Source of the DNA: Candidatus Latescibacterota bacterium
GTDB lineage: Bacteria; Latescibacterota; UBA2968; UBA8231
DNA: 64,000 nt
Assembly: GCA_965208105.1 (NCBI GenBank)
Contig: OZ242318.1
Location: 4,320,001-4,384,000 of the forward strand
Reading direction: 5' to 3'
In this document: piece by piece, positions 1 through 10,556 of the stretch
How positions within the stretch are numbered: the stretch's first letter is position 1
How the letters are laid out: each line of letters starts with the position of its first letter
Program-made: the position numbers and the translations under genes
Notes under the pieces: generated by a model
Databases searched by the model: none
What the model saw: only the letters and a program-made list of their open reading frames with translations
What the model was told of the DNA's origin: nothing

Positions 1-1
1 A

Positions 2-814
2 GGACCACTGGAATGGCACGGGTTACAAAATCCGATCGGCCTGGACGCGGTCAAAGCCCAAGCCTTGTGCCTTCGCGCCGCGGGCATTTCGGGCGGGCTC
101 GTATTTCCCCCGACACACGTGCACGCTCACACGGTGCCGTGGCCGCTCGGGATGCCGGCGCAACCGGAGTTGGTGGAAGCACAGGCCAACACCATTCTCG
201 GCTACCTGTCACGTAATGGCGCGCGGGCTGTTGTCTGGCTCTCCGGCCATGGCGGCACCGAGGATTACCTCGCGATCCGCAAAGCGGCGCTGACGGCGAT
301 GCGCGAATCAGATTGCGTCATCTGGGCTGGAGTCGACGCTCATCTCATTGCGGATTTGGAGAAACCGATGGATCACGCGGCGGCGATCGAGACCTCGCTG
401 CTTCTTCACCTGGCGCCCGACACTGTCGACCTCGGCGAGTTGGATCCAGATCCGGCCGCCTGGCCGCAAGGGGTTGGCGGTGACGATCCACGCACCAATG
501 CCAGCGAAACGTTCGGCAGGGAGCACGCCAAGCTACTTGTCAACCGCATGGCCGCGTTGGCAACCCGGCTGGTCGCGGTCAGCAAGGAGGATCCCGTCGC
601 CAAGGGCCGGCACCGGGAGTGCCTGGCCCAACAGGTCGAGCTGGATGGTATGATCGCGCACGCGCGGGCGTTTCTGCCGGCGAATGATCAACCGAGCAAG
701 GAGCCGGATGGTTGGTCCGAGCACCTGGAAGCGTTTCGTTGCGGCGATTACGATGCAGCGTACGAGGCGGGCGCAGCGGTCATTGCGCGGGTGCGCGCCC
801 ACGTGCGCCGATGA
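2..814 (+). CDS. Creatininase/creatinine amidohydrolase family protein (5' partial)
   Basis: Frame is open from the window start (GPLEWHG..PIGLD); SGHGG and DHAAAIETS motifs. Confidence 0.85.
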   Translation, partial: GPLEWHGLQNPIGLDAVKAQALCLRAAGISGGLVFPPTHVHAHTVPWPLGMPAQPELVEAQANTILGYLSRNGARAVVWLSGHGGTEDYLAIRKAALTAMRESDCVIWAGVDAHLIADLEKPMDHAAAIETSLLLHLAPDTVDLGELDPDPAAWPQGVGGDDPRTNASETFGREHAKLLVNRMAALATRLVAVSKEDPVAKGRHRECLAQQVELDGMIAHARAFLPANDQPSKEPDGWSEHLEAFRCGDYDAAYEAGAAVIARVRAHVRR

Positions 815-875
815 CTCGACAACCCGGGGCGATTTCCGGCACAATGCCGGCGCCGCAGACTTCGCCATGGATCGG

Positions 876-2387
876 TTACTCCAACCAGAACGAATAGAGC
901 CGCGCCTGCCGCATGATAAACCGGATCTGAACCGGCCGATCGGTGGGCGGCTGCGGGTCCCCGTTCCACGACATCGCCCGCTGCCGGTGGTCGCCGGTCA
1001 TGGGCACGGTCTCGCCCTTGTAGGAGACAAATCCGGGAATCGCATCGAAGGTATCGGGCCCGGCATTGCCCTCGGACTCAGCCGGCAGGGTCTCCGCATC
1101 GAGGATCTCGGCGTGGACCTCGCCCCAGCGGGCGTCGGCATTGATGCGCAGCTTCTGTCCATTCCACATGAACGGCTTGGTGACCACCCATCCGACCTCG
1201 GCCGCGTCCAGAGAGACGAACCGATCCCGGTCGAGCTTGGCCAGGCAGAGACCGCTGGAATCCTGGAAGTACGACGGGTCGATGTTCAACCGGAACAGCT
1301 CTTTGTTGCCGTTGAACTGTCTATAGCGCTCCTGGTCTCCGGACATGCGGTGGCCGTTGTAGTAGACCCAGATCTGGTTGTCGCGCAGGATCGGCCGGTC
1401 GTTCACGCTGATCTGGTTGGTTCCATAATTCACTCCGTTCCACGGTTGGATCCCCAGGAAGACAGCGCGGTCGGCTACCCGCTTCCAGTTGCGCAGGTCG
1501 CGGGATATGGCCAGCTCGTTCTGGTTGATTCGGGTAAAGTTCATGTGGGGTGGGGGAACGGCACCGAACGGATTGAAGATGAGCGGAAAACCGATATACA
1601 TGCCTTCGTAGGGCAATATCGACATCTTATACGCCTCGGCGATGTAATCTTCGTCGTCGATGATGGGAGGGGTGAGAAAAGCCGGGTTCTCGATGATCTC
1701 GCGCACGCGCCGCCGGCGATTCTCCCGGTCGATCTCATCGGTGTGGAAGATCAGCTCCGGTTTGCCGAAGTCTCCAAACTTCTTGGCGGTGCTCAACCAG
1801 ACCGACCGGCCCCACTTGGTTCCGTGTTTGACCGTCAGCACGTACTGCTCGCCGATCGGATCGTAGGTAAAACATGACGTGTCAGCGCTGGGGACGGGCG
1901 GCACGTCGAGCATGGTCCACTCAAAGCCATCCGCTGATACGGCCGGCTTGCGCCCGTTGCTGCCGAAGAGCGCCTTGTAGCGCCGCTGAGGGTCGGGGTC
2001 GGTTTCGTCGCGGATGATGTGGGCGAGGTGCTCGGACCCCGGGGCGAGGGCGATGTTGTTCTTCTTGCTCCCCCGCCACTCGTAGAAGCCAAGCTCCGGA
2101 TTCTCCCAACTGACACCGTCTTCCGACGTACTGTAGAGCATCGGACTGGGGGAACCGTCGATTTGGTGGGCGTAATACCACCACTCCCAAAGGTTCTTCT
2201 CCGAATTCCACTGCGGCACCGACGAGGTCTGCGTGCCGCTCTGCCCCAGCGACTGATCGGGACGGATGATGGCGCCGCAGTCTAGTGGTTGGTGTAGCGT
2301 TCGTTCGATCCCGACGGTTTTCGCCACAGCATGATCGTCGAGGAACAGTTGCCGGTGGCTCTTGGGATCGATGAGTTCTCGGTCCAT
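876..2387 (-). CDS. Hypothetical beta-propeller glycoside-hydrolase-like (GH32/43-like) protein; paralog of 28893-30401
   Basis: RQLFLDD, S.DG..W repeats, DPDPQRRYKA, C-terminal RLYSFW; RBS AAGGAG before ATG 2387. Confidence 0.7.
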   Translation of the reverse strand: MDRELIDPKSHRQLFLDDHAVAKTVGIERTLHQPLDCGAIIRPDQSLGQSGTQTSSVPQWNSEKNLWEWWYYAHQIDGSPSPMLYSTSEDGVSWENPELGFYEWRGSKKNNIALAPGSEHLAHIIRDETDPDPQRRYKALFGSNGRKPAVSADGFEWTMLDVPPVPSADTSCFTYDPIGEQYVLTVKHGTKWGRSVWLSTAKKFGDFGKPELIFHTDEIDRENRRRRVREIIENPAFLTPPIIDDEDYIAEAYKMSILPYEGMYIGFPLIFNPFGAVPPPHMNFTRINQNELAISRDLRNWKRVADRAVFLGIQPWNGVNYGTNQISVNDRPILRDNQIWVYYNGHRMSGDQERYRQFNGNKELFRLNIDPSYFQDSSGLCLAKLDRDRFVSLDAAEVGWVVTKPFMWNGQKLRINADARWGEVHAEILDAETLPAESEGNAGPDTFDAIPGFVSYKGETVPMTGDHRQRAMSWNGDPQPPTDRPVQIRFIMRQARLYSFWLE

Positions 2388-2485
2388 GTCAGTTCTCCTT
2401 TGCAAAATCGGTCACTCCGCGCTTTTCGCTGCATGCGGCGACGCGGGTCGAGGGCCCTGACCGGCGAGGACTCGAACGCTTGTGC

Positions 2486-2520
2486 CGCCCCGAGGCCAGG
2501 CCGTTCCTGGCCTCGGGGCG
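2486..2520. repeat. Perfect 15-bp GC-rich hairpin
   Basis: cgccccgaggccagg-ccgtt-cctggcctcggggcg. Confidence 0.8.
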
Positions 2521-2569
2521 CCTGCGCCTCCTCGCTTCGCAACGTCTTTGTTTCGCGCTCAAAACGCCG

Positions 2570-2750
2570 TTCCCCTGGCTGCAAGCCAGTTAGCATCGCG
2601 TCCCGAGCCGGCGCCGATGTCGCAGGCGAATCCAGGTTCTTCACGCAGGTGCGCCTGTGCCCAGTCTGCGTGGACTTCGGCAGGGTCGACTCCGTCATAC
2701 TGGGCGACGAGGGCGTCGGCGTTGAGGTCGTAGTAGCTGGTGCTACTCAT
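2570..2750 (-). pseudogene. N-terminal fragment of a SAM-dependent methyltransferase
   Basis: YYDLNA...CDIGAGSGRDANWLAARG, then the homology ends abruptly. Confidence 0.75.
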
Positions 2751-2918
2751 GCGGTTAGGCAAGACGGTCGCGGGTAGCCAGGATAGGCGTGGTTGGACTG
2801 ATTGACGTTTCCCGCTTCATGTGAGTGGTATTCATCCTTGCCGGGAATCCTGCGCGTGCGGTACAATCGGGAAAACTGTTGATTGTTCCATGTCGAAGCC
2901 ATAATCTATGATCTTGTC

Positions 2919-2946
2919 ATGATAGTCGGAAGGCGCGAGATGTCAA
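2919..2946 (-). promoter_or_regulatory. Putative sigma70 promoter
   Basis: Minus strand TTGACA-16-TATCAT. Confidence 0.4.
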
Positions 2947-3141
2947 GCAATCCAATACGCCACGGGTAGTTTCGCGACGACTACCGGAGCCATGTTTCGA
3001 GCTCAACGCGCGCGTCTGTGCGATCTTTGCGGTACTTGACGAGGACGGGTGTTGCGAAAGACAGGCCCCAGGAGGGTCGGTCGCCGCGGCATGCACGAGC
3101 CGTTAGATTCCCGCCGGTTGACGTAACCCGAGGAAAATCCA

Positions 3142-4977
3142 ATGACAGAAGCAATCCTGCGCGCCGAAGGCCGCACGGCTCCGCCCCACTGGGCGGTGCG
3201 CCAGCGCCACCTGATCGACCTGATGGACCGGGCCGCGGTCCCCTTCACCAGGCACGCGACCCGTCCCGACGGAACCCTGATCCAGCGCACCGTCTGGACG
3301 AGCATGGACGGCACCGACAACGGATACGAGGCCTTCCTGTCGTTTCCCCTCTTCTACCTCCTTGGGGGCAGCGAGTTCATCCACCGCACCGCCCGCAGGG
3401 AGTGGGACGCCATAACCTGGCAGTACGCCAACTACGGCACCGTCGACCGCGAGTTCGTCACCGGCTTCGACTGGTTCCACCACAGCGAGAGCTACACCTA
3501 CATCTACTATCTCGCCATGGCCGACCCCGGGCATTACATCGACCGCACCCGCGCCCTGCGCTACGCCGCCATGTACACCGGGGAGGATCCCCTGGCTCCG
3601 AACTGGGACGCGGAGAAGCGGATGATACGCAGCCCCCTGAACGGCAGCCGCGGCCCGCGCTTCGTCACCACCCGGACCGACTGGGAGTACCACCGGCCGA
3701 TCCTGGCCGGGTACCTCTCCCCGTTCGAGGACATACCCGGCGCCGACAGCCGGGACCCGATGTTCAAGGTCGACTGGACCGACGACGAAACCTTCGCCAG
3801 GGTCCTCGCCCTCATCAACGAGCGCATGACCCGCTGCGACGTGCCCCTGAACCTCAGCGCCGCCAGCATGATCACCAACGCCTACCTGTACACCGGCGAG
3901 GAGAAGTACAGGAGGTGGGTGCTCGACTACCTGGCGAGGTGGGTCGAGCACCGCGACGCCAACGGCGGCATCATGCCGGACAACATCGGGCCCGGCGGCG
4001 GAATCGGGGAGCTCAACAACGGCAAGTGGTGGGGCGGGTACTACGGCTGGCGCTGGCCCCACGGGGCCCGCAACGTCGTCGAGCCGGCCTTCGTCGCCGG
4101 CAGTTGCGCCGCGCTGATGACGGGGGACATGTCGCATCTCGACCTTTGCCGCTCTCAGCTCGACATGCTGTGGTCCCAGCGCCGCGAGATCGACGGGGTG
4201 CCTATGGTCCCGTCCCGGCACGGCGACCGGGGCTGGTTCGACTACCGGCCGCCGGATCCCTACTACTACATCCACCTCTATTATTTGAGCCAGAGCGAGG
4301 AGGACCTCGCCCGCCTCGACGAGCTGTTCCCGGACCGGGACGGGTTCGCCGGCCTGCCGGAAGACTGGGGCGCCGGCAAGGCGGGGATATGTCCGCCCGG
4401 GGCATGGGCGGCTTTCGTCGAGGGGAAGAACCCGGGGTTTCCGGAGCAGGTCCTCGATACGACCTACGGCAGCGTCTGCCGCGCCCTCGACCGGCTCGAG
4501 GCGGACGACAGCGACCCGGAAACGCGGGAGTGCTACCACTTCCAGCAGCTCTGCCCGGTGCTGCCGGAGGGCCTCGTGCAGATGGCCATGGGGACGCCGG
4601 CGGCGGTGTACAACGGCGGCCTGCTGCAGGCTCACCTGCGCTACTTCGACCCGGAGCAGCGGCGCGCCGGGCTGCCCCCGCACGTGGCCGCCCTCGCCGA
4701 CCGCGCCGGCGCGGACCGGGCCCGGGTGACCCTCGTCAACACCGATCCGGTGCAGTCCCGCCCGGTGCTGATTCAGGCCGGCTCCTTCGGCGAGCACGAG
4801 TTCACCGGGGCTTGCGGAACGGACGGCCGCGGGGTAGAGCAGCGGGTGACCGTGGGGGGCAGGCACCTACTCGTCGAGCTGGGAGCGGCGGCGCGCATCG
4901 AGCTCGACCTCGGGATGAAGCGGTTCGTCCACCGGCCTTCGTACGACTTCCCGCCCATGGAGGGAGCATCCGGCTGA
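3142..4977 (+). CDS. Conserved hypothetical protein, possible (alpha/alpha)-barrel carbohydrate-active enzyme
   Basis: 611-aa ORF with strong GC3 bias and RBS GAGG; Trp/Tyr-rich; function not identified. Confidence 0.7.
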   Translation: MTEAILRAEGRTAPPHWAVRQRHLIDLMDRAAVPFTRHATRPDGTLIQRTVWTSMDGTDNGYEAFLSFPLFYLLGGSEFIHRTARREWDAITWQYANYGTVDREFVTGFDWFHHSESYTYIYYLAMADPGHYIDRTRALRYAAMYTGEDPLAPNWDAEKRMIRSPLNGSRGPRFVTTRTDWEYHRPILAGYLSPFEDIPGADSRDPMFKVDWTDDETFARVLALINERMTRCDVPLNLSAASMITNAYLYTGEEKYRRWVLDYLARWVEHRDANGGIMPDNIGPGGGIGELNNGKWWGGYYGWRWPHGARNVVEPAFVAGSCAALMTGDMSHLDLCRSQLDMLWSQRREIDGVPMVPSRHGDRGWFDYRPPDPYYYIHLYYLSQSEEDLARLDELFPDRDGFAGLPEDWGAGKAGICPPGAWAAFVEGKNPGFPEQVLDTTYGSVCRALDRLEADDSDPETRECYHFQQLCPVLPEGLVQMAMGTPAAVYNGGLLQAHLRYFDPEQRRAGLPPHVAALADRAGADRARVTLVNTDPVQSRPVLIQAGSFGEHEFTGACGTDGRGVEQRVTVGGRHLLVELGAAARIELDLGMKRFVHRPSYDFPPMEGASG

Positions 4978-5119
4978 TCCGGGTCCGGGCCGGCAGGCAA
5001 CCAGAATGGATTCGAAGTGTGTCCACGGTGGTGAGGCCGCCCAGTCCGAAGTGCGCCACCCTGGCGCTGCGCTCAGCGCCTTGACCGAGAATCCAAAAAG
5101 GTCCTCATTTCACCTATAC
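4975..5119 (+). mobile_element. IS91/ISCR-like oriIS end, family A copy 1
   Basis: tgatccgg..ggcaaccagaatgga...gcgccttgaccgagaatccaaaaaggtcctcatttcaCCTATAC; matches copies at 11.0, 21.7 and 23.5 kb. Confidence 0.8.
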
Positions 5120-5165
5120 TTCCGTTTCATGAGTCATTCAGGGTAACACGCAAGAGGATCGCACA

Positions 5166-5978
5166 ATGGAAATCTCATTATGTACAGGAGTGTTTGGGCC
5201 GGAAACCAGAGATGCATCCGGCTTTGAGCGCGCTGCAGGAATGGCAGCCGCTGCCGGCTATCGCCTGATCGAACCTTCAAGCTGGCACCTGAGATTGCCA
5301 AATAGCCATTCGGCACTTGCGGCCGCAGGACTCGGGGTCTGGGCGGTGCATGGCAGCTTCGGTTGCGTCGAACCTGGGGCAATCTCCGAATCTGCAGACG
5401 AGCGCCGACATACGCTCGACCGGGAACTGGAATTGCTGCACATGGCGGCAGCTTACGCACCATGCCCCTACGTAATACATTACCTCAACCGTCACAACGA
5501 CCCTGCCGTGGCTGAACGCTGGCGCGACAGTGTTCAGGATCTACTCGTACATGCGGCGGCGCTGCAGTTGACACTGGCAGTGGAAACCGTGCCGTTCAAG
5601 CCTGAAGAGAACGAGCGGTATGCGGATACTGCGGAGGTCGCCGCATTCGTGCGAGCGTTCGATTCGGAGTACCTGCGCGTGTGTGTGGATGTGAATCACT
5701 CTAATCTGCACGAGGATCTTGGCCAGGCAATCAGCAACTGCAGCGGGCAGATATCGGACATTCACATATCCGACAATCATGGAGTGAGGGAACAACACCT
5801 GCAACCGGGCGAGGGCGTGATCGACATGCCCTTTGCACTCGCAGCATTGCGGGAAGCAGGCTACTCCGGCCCGTGCAACCTTGAGAGCAACATTCCTGGC
5901 GGTCTCACCGTCGAATCGCTGAGCGCCCTACGAGTTGCTGCCGAAGAACTTGTGGCTAAGAGCATGTCGGTCTTGTGA
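5166..5978 (+). CDS. Sugar phosphate isomerase/epimerase (xylose-isomerase-like TIM barrel)
   Basis: LAVET, DVNH, HISDN, H..PGEG.ID, LE motifs. Confidence 0.85.
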   Translation: MEISLCTGVFGPETRDASGFERAAGMAAAAGYRLIEPSSWHLRLPNSHSALAAAGLGVWAVHGSFGCVEPGAISESADERRHTLDRELELLHMAAAYAPCPYVIHYLNRHNDPAVAERWRDSVQDLLVHAAALQLTLAVETVPFKPEENERYADTAEVAAFVRAFDSEYLRVCVDVNHSNLHEDLGQAISNCSGQISDIHISDNHGVREQHLQPGEGVIDMPFALAALREAGYSGPCNLESNIPGGLTVESLSALRVAAEELVAKSMSVL

Positions 5979-6126
5979 AGCAAGCCGCGTAATCGCGGCG
6001 GAGCTGATATTCCCAGCTTTGAAGCCTTGGACCTGGGCACCCAGGCGCGTTCCCCTGGCTGTGCGCGTCGATAACATCCGAAGCGTCCCGCAGGTTGGGC
6101 AATCGACCTTGGAAAGGAGTCTTTCA

Positions 6127-7293
6127 TTGAAGGTTACGAAAATAAAAAGCTACAGCGTCGCGGAAGGCGAGGGACGCCCCTACTTCATTGTAAAGGTGGA
6201 GACGGACGAGGGTATTTACGGGCTAGGCGAGGTCGGCATTAGCTTCTGGGGCGAGGCGATTGCGAAGGCCATTGACCACCTTGCCGAAATAGTCGTTGGG
6301 GAAGACCCTTTCTGCACTGAGAAGCTGTGGCAGCACATGTTTCGCGGCGGATTCTTTCCTGCCGACAAGGTGTACTGCTGTGCGATCAGCGCCATCGACA
6401 TTGCGCTGTGGGACATCAAGGGCAAGGCGCTGAACATGCCGACCTACAAGCTGCTTGGCGGCCCGGTGCGCGACAAGGTCGTCTGCTACCCGCACGCCCA
6501 GGGCAGGACGAACGAGGAGCTTGTCGAGAACAGCGTGAGCTTGGTCGAGGAGGGCTGGAAGTTCGTGCGATGGGGCCAGCCGGAGACGGGCGGCACCTTC
6601 GAGTATCAGGGCAGTGAAGGACGGCTCGAACCCGTCGAATCGATGCGCATCGCCGAGCAGCAGATGGCAATGGTTCGCGAGGCGGTCGGCCCGGACATTC
6701 AGCTTTGCTTCGACGTGCACACCCGTCTGGATACGGCGCATGTCGTGGCCATGTGCAAAACGCTTGAGCCGTACAGACCGTTCTTCATCGAGGACCCGCT
6801 GCGCTCGGAGAATCCGGCAAGCTACAGGACGCTGGCGCGCCATGTATCGCTGCCCATCGCGGCGGGCGAGCAGTGGGCGACCAAATGGCCTTTTCGCGAG
6901 GTGATCGAGGAAGAGCTCATCAACTACGCCCGCATCGATCTGTGTATTGTGGGCGGGCTTACCGAGGCGCTGAAGATTACCCACTGGTGCGAGACGCACT
7001 ACATCGACATCGTGCCGCACAATCCGCTTGGCCCGGTAAGCGCGGCGGCATGTGTGGCGCTGTGTATGGCATCCACGAACGTGGGCGTTCAGGAGATGCC
7101 GCGTCGCCCGGGAAGTTTCGCGACTGATCTGTTCCCGCAGCAGATCGAGTGGGAGGAAGGTTATGCCTTCAATCCCGGTCGTCCCGGGCTTGGCGTCGAT
7201 TTCGATGAGGCCGTCGTTGAAACGAGACAGGTAAGCGCCAGGGGCTGGCCGCCGCAACTTCGCCGCAACGATGGGGCGTTTACGAACTGGTAA
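6127..7293 (+). CDS. Mandelate racemase/muconate lactonizing enzyme family (galactonate dehydratase-like)
   Basis: VKVETDEG, AIDIALWDIKGK, FIEDP, GE, PHNP; TTG start after GAAAGGAG. Confidence 0.9.
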   Translation: MKVTKIKSYSVAEGEGRPYFIVKVETDEGIYGLGEVGISFWGEAIAKAIDHLAEIVVGEDPFCTEKLWQHMFRGGFFPADKVYCCAISAIDIALWDIKGKALNMPTYKLLGGPVRDKVVCYPHAQGRTNEELVENSVSLVEEGWKFVRWGQPETGGTFEYQGSEGRLEPVESMRIAEQQMAMVREAVGPDIQLCFDVHTRLDTAHVVAMCKTLEPYRPFFIEDPLRSENPASYRTLARHVSLPIAAGEQWATKWPFREVIEEELINYARIDLCIVGGLTEALKITHWCETHYIDIVPHNPLGPVSAAACVALCMASTNVGVQEMPRRPGSFATDLFPQQIEWEEGYAFNPGRPGLGVDFDEAVVETRQVSARGWPPQLRRNDGAFTNW

Positions 7294-7404
7294 GGGCTCG
7301 GGGATGAAGCTTGGCATCAGGCCAGGAAGGTGCCAGATCCCGTTTTTCGCGCCGGCGCCGGCGGAGATTGAGCAGGGGCCCGCCTGGTCAACCTCCAAAG
7401 AAGA

Positions 7405-7436
7405 AGCCCCCGGCTAAGGTGAGTTAACCGAGGGCT
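7405..7436. terminator. Hairpin between convergent genes, possible terminator
   Basis: agcccccggctaa-ggtgag-ttaaccgagggct. Confidence 0.4.
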
Positions 7437-7482
7437 GTCTGCCTGAGGACAGATTAGCGGTTTTCGTCTCCCTCACACCACT

Positions 7483-8322
7483 CTACGCATTCTCCATCTC
7501 GGTCAGTATTTCCAGGGTCTCGTTCGCAGAGATCTCTTCGCGTCCCGCTGCGCGCTTCACAAATTCCCGCGTTTTGTCATTGAGAACGCCATAGAAACCC
7601 CGCACTTCCTCGTCCGGATGGTCCCGCCACAGAGACGGTGGTATGTACGAGGCTTCGAAGATTTCCCCACGCCGCCGATGCCCGTAGAGGATCCCTACGG
7701 ATTGTCGCGCCATCTTTGTCGGACGTACGGTGGCCGTATGTAAGCATGATATGTTGAACAATATGGCAGTACCCGCACAACCGTGCAGATCGCAGACTCC
7801 GCCCCGCGCCAGCTGCGCTTCCTTATCCACCATTTCCTCGTCGATCGATTGGGGCGAAATGGACAGGCAATGGCTTGCGGCGCTCACGTCGGACAGGTAG
7901 AGGATCATCCGCATGTAGCCTATGCGCAACGGATGTTCAGGATACATGAGCCGTTCCCCACCATCGCGATGCCAGCGGCGCCCTATGGACCCTTCCCATG
8001 ATGTCATTCCCGGAACCGCCTCACCCGCGTACGGCCACATGTGATTGAGGTGGATTTGCGCGAAACAGACTTCGTCGCCCATCAAACCCTTGAGGGGTTC
8101 CATCACCTTTGGGTGACGAATGATCTCATCGAGCTCGGGCGCCGTCAGCAGCGAGTGGCAGTACTGGATTTGCCAGATACCGTTGTCGGTCCAATAACGG
8201 CTGAAGTCCCGTCGCTCGCGTTCGAAAACATCTGAAAAACGGGCTACTTCCTCATCGTTCAAGATCTTGCCCAGCGACAGGTAGCCGTTCTCCTTGAAGA
8301 ACTCGTAGTCCTTCTGTTTCAT
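7483..8322 (-). CDS. Phytanoyl-CoA dioxygenase (PhyH) family Fe(II)/2OG enzyme
   Basis: FFKENGYL, WHRD, distal LH. Confidence 0.85.
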   Translation of the reverse strand: MKQKDYEFFKENGYLSLGKILNDEEVARFSDVFERERRDFSRYWTDNGIWQIQYCHSLLTAPELDEIIRHPKVMEPLKGLMGDEVCFAQIHLNHMWPYAGEAVPGMTSWEGSIGRRWHRDGGERLMYPEHPLRIGYMRMILYLSDVSAASHCLSISPQSIDEEMVDKEAQLARGGVCDLHGCAGTAILFNISCLHTATVRPTKMARQSVGILYGHRRRGEIFEASYIPPSLWRDHPDEEVRGFYGVLNDKTREFVKRAAGREEISANETLEILTEMENA

Positions 8323-8406
8323 AGCGCCTTCTTCTTTTGGGACAAGCTGCCGTCAGAGCCACATCCAACGTCCGCCGCACCTGCTTCTGCCACCATCTCG
8401 TTGAAA

Positions 8407-10011
8407 TCAACCGGCGCGCACATACAATAGCGCGCAGTCGAGCGCGATCGGTTTCGCTATGGAGTCAGCCCGCGTGTTCAGACTGATTTCGAGCCTGTTT
8501 TCACCGTTTATGACCCGATCCGGCTGCACTTCGCACTCCAGCCAACGGCCAGCCGGCGCCGCGTCCAGTGTCTTCTGCGGCCGCAGGTCGTTCAATGCGA
8601 CATCGTTGAATCTCACTGCTATCTCATCGCTCGCGGTGAGCTCCCACAAGTGCAGGCGAAGGCGAAAGGGGCCCTTCCTCGAGCTCAGATCTTCGCCGAC
8701 CTGAAAGTGCGCTTTGGCGGTCTTTCCGGGCTGCAGCTCCAGTTCGCGAAACCGCTCGAAGGTATCGCTACCGTGGAAATCGTCGATGCCGAAGAGCTTG
8801 TCTTTGCCTGCCATCGTTTCGAGGTCTCCGATCTCCATCCACACCTCATCGTCGACGAAGGCGCCGTTGAAGACGTAGATGCCATCCGCCCCGGCAGCGA
8901 GCAGATTGGTCGCTGCGCCGCGCCAGGCGGGCAGCATGCCTTCCCACTTATTCATCTCGATCGTAAACGACGAGCCGATCTCCTTCAGGGAGCTGGCCCA
9001 GGATTTGTAATCCCTGTACTCCCCGTCCGTGAGATCGAGGAACGTCCATTGATGCCAGAACCCCCAGCCGATGCAGGGATACACCGGCACGTCATGGTCG
9101 TGTCCTAATTTGATCATGGGACCGAACGACTCGGTCATGTGCGACTCGACGCCGCCTCCGGCTATCAGCAGGTCCAACAGATCCTCCGCCAGCCAGGTCT
9201 CCACGTCCAGGCCGATGAAACGCGCATCCGCCAAATTGCACGGCAGGCGCGCCGCCACCAGCAGCGGTCGCCCGCGCTGCCGGCCCACTTCGTCGGCCAG
9301 CTTCCGTACTCGCCGCACCAGAGCCGTCATCATCTCCACGTGCTCCGCCTCCACCGGAACCATCTCACGGGTCTCACGGAAAAAGGGATAGTGCCGGAAG
9401 AAGTCCAACTCTATCCCCTCGATGTCGTAGTTGCGTGCTACCTCATCTATATTGCCGAAGACGTGATCGCGGACCTCGGGAAAGCTGAAATCCATGCCCG
9501 ACCAGAGTTTCTTCGGACCGTCCTCCTTTTCCCAGTCTGCCGGATCGCCCATGAGAAATTCCGGGTGGTCGCGTTTGAAGGGCGCCAGACCATAGGTCCA
9601 GTAGGGCGACGACCCGTCAGGGTGGGAATCGTGCACGTCGTTCATGCGCAACGACCAGAAGGCTTCCAGCCCGTTCTCGTGACAGAAATCTGTCTGAATC
9701 TGCAGACTGTCGCGCCCGTAGGTTTCGACCAGCTCCAGGGGAATCCCCTTACCGTGGAACCCACCCCGCTTGGTATGGTGGGAGAAGCGAACACCCGCCA
9801 TGCAGCTGCAATACCAGCTGCTGTCCACCTGAGTTCCGAGCAGCGTCCGGGCGCGGGCGTCGAGAAAGTCATCGATCAGCTCGCCGCTTTCGCGCTCCGC
9901 CAAACCTTGAGCGGTCTCCTGCGGCGTCCTCGCCTGGATTACGTCGTCGCCGTCGTTGTTGTAAATGATCCGCCGCCGGCGCCACCGCGCGTCTCTTCTG
10001 GTCTGGTTCAT
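8407..10011 (-). CDS. Putative glycoside-hydrolase-like TIM-barrel protein (GHL10-like)
   Basis: IIYNNDG, SLRMNDVH, DFSFPEVR, YDIEGIELDFFR, GADGIYVFN. Confidence 0.7.
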   Translation of the reverse strand: MNQTRRDARWRRRRIIYNNDGDDVIQARTPQETAQGLAERESGELIDDFLDARARTLLGTQVDSSWYCSCMAGVRFSHHTKRGGFHGKGIPLELVETYGRDSLQIQTDFCHENGLEAFWSLRMNDVHDSHPDGSSPYWTYGLAPFKRDHPEFLMGDPADWEKEDGPKKLWSGMDFSFPEVRDHVFGNIDEVARNYDIEGIELDFFRHYPFFRETREMVPVEAEHVEMMTALVRRVRKLADEVGRQRGRPLLVAARLPCNLADARFIGLDVETWLAEDLLDLLIAGGGVESHMTESFGPMIKLGHDHDVPVYPCIGWGFWHQWTFLDLTDGEYRDYKSWASSLKEIGSSFTIEMNKWEGMLPAWRGAATNLLAAGADGIYVFNGAFVDDEVWMEIGDLETMAGKDKLFGIDDFHGSDTFERFRELELQPGKTAKAHFQVGEDLSSRKGPFRLRLHLWELTASDEIAVRFNDVALNDLRPQKTLDAAPAGRWLECEVQPDRVINGENRLEISLNTRADSIAKPIALDCALLYVRAG

Positions 10012-10145
10012 CGATTTCTGCCTTTGCTGGTTGACGTTCCCGCGTTTTCCCTACGCTTCCTCAAAATCTCACTACCTTCGCTGCCTGCGCCGCCGCAAGA
10101 GTGGCTCTATCATGTGCACTTGCAGGCCTTCCTGGTCGATCGTCG

Positions 10146-10529
10146 TTACGTCTGCATTATCTGGATCAGGTTGCCGCAGGTGTCGTCAAAGACCGCAATG
10201 GTGACGTTGGGCAATTCTGTTGGCTCCATCGTAAAAGCTACGCCCAGTGACTTCAGTTTCTCATACTCTGCATGGATGTCCGTAACGCTAAAGGACGCCG
10301 CTGGGATGCCTTGGTCGAATATCCCCTTCTGAAATTCTTGTGCTACCGGGTTTTCATTTGGTTCAAGCAGGAGCTCGGTCCCATCTGGCTCATCGGGCGA
10401 GACGACGGTAAGCCACTTGAATTCCCCCACAGGCAAGTCATGCTTCTTCACAAAGCCGAGGGTCTCCGTGTAGAACCTCAGGGCTTCGTCCTGGTCACTT
10501 ACGAAAACGCCGGTGAGTGTAATGCGCAT
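10146..10529 (-). CDS. VOC/glyoxalase family protein
   Basis: VSDQDEALRFYTETLGF, FDDTCGNLIQI. Confidence 0.9.
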   Translation of the reverse strand: MRITLTGVFVSDQDEALRFYTETLGFVKKHDLPVGEFKWLTVVSPDEPDGTELLLEPNENPVAQEFQKGIFDQGIPAASFSVTDIHAEYEKLKSLGVAFTMEPTELPNVTIAVFDDTCGNLIQIMQT

Positions 10530-10556
10530 ATCTGGCCTCCCTTTCTATTGATAGCG

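Noticed and set aside
3018-5084. Long overlapping or antisense ORFs (3018-5084, 3103-4866, 18063-19685, 29052-30542, 684-1877 and others)
   Set aside because: Shadow frames of GC-rich genes; Arg/Pro-rich with no recognisable motifs.
5081-5120. Canonical promoter in the family A tail
   Set aside because: TTGACC and TATACT are 28 bp apart and the properly spaced -10 is poor, so it was not called.
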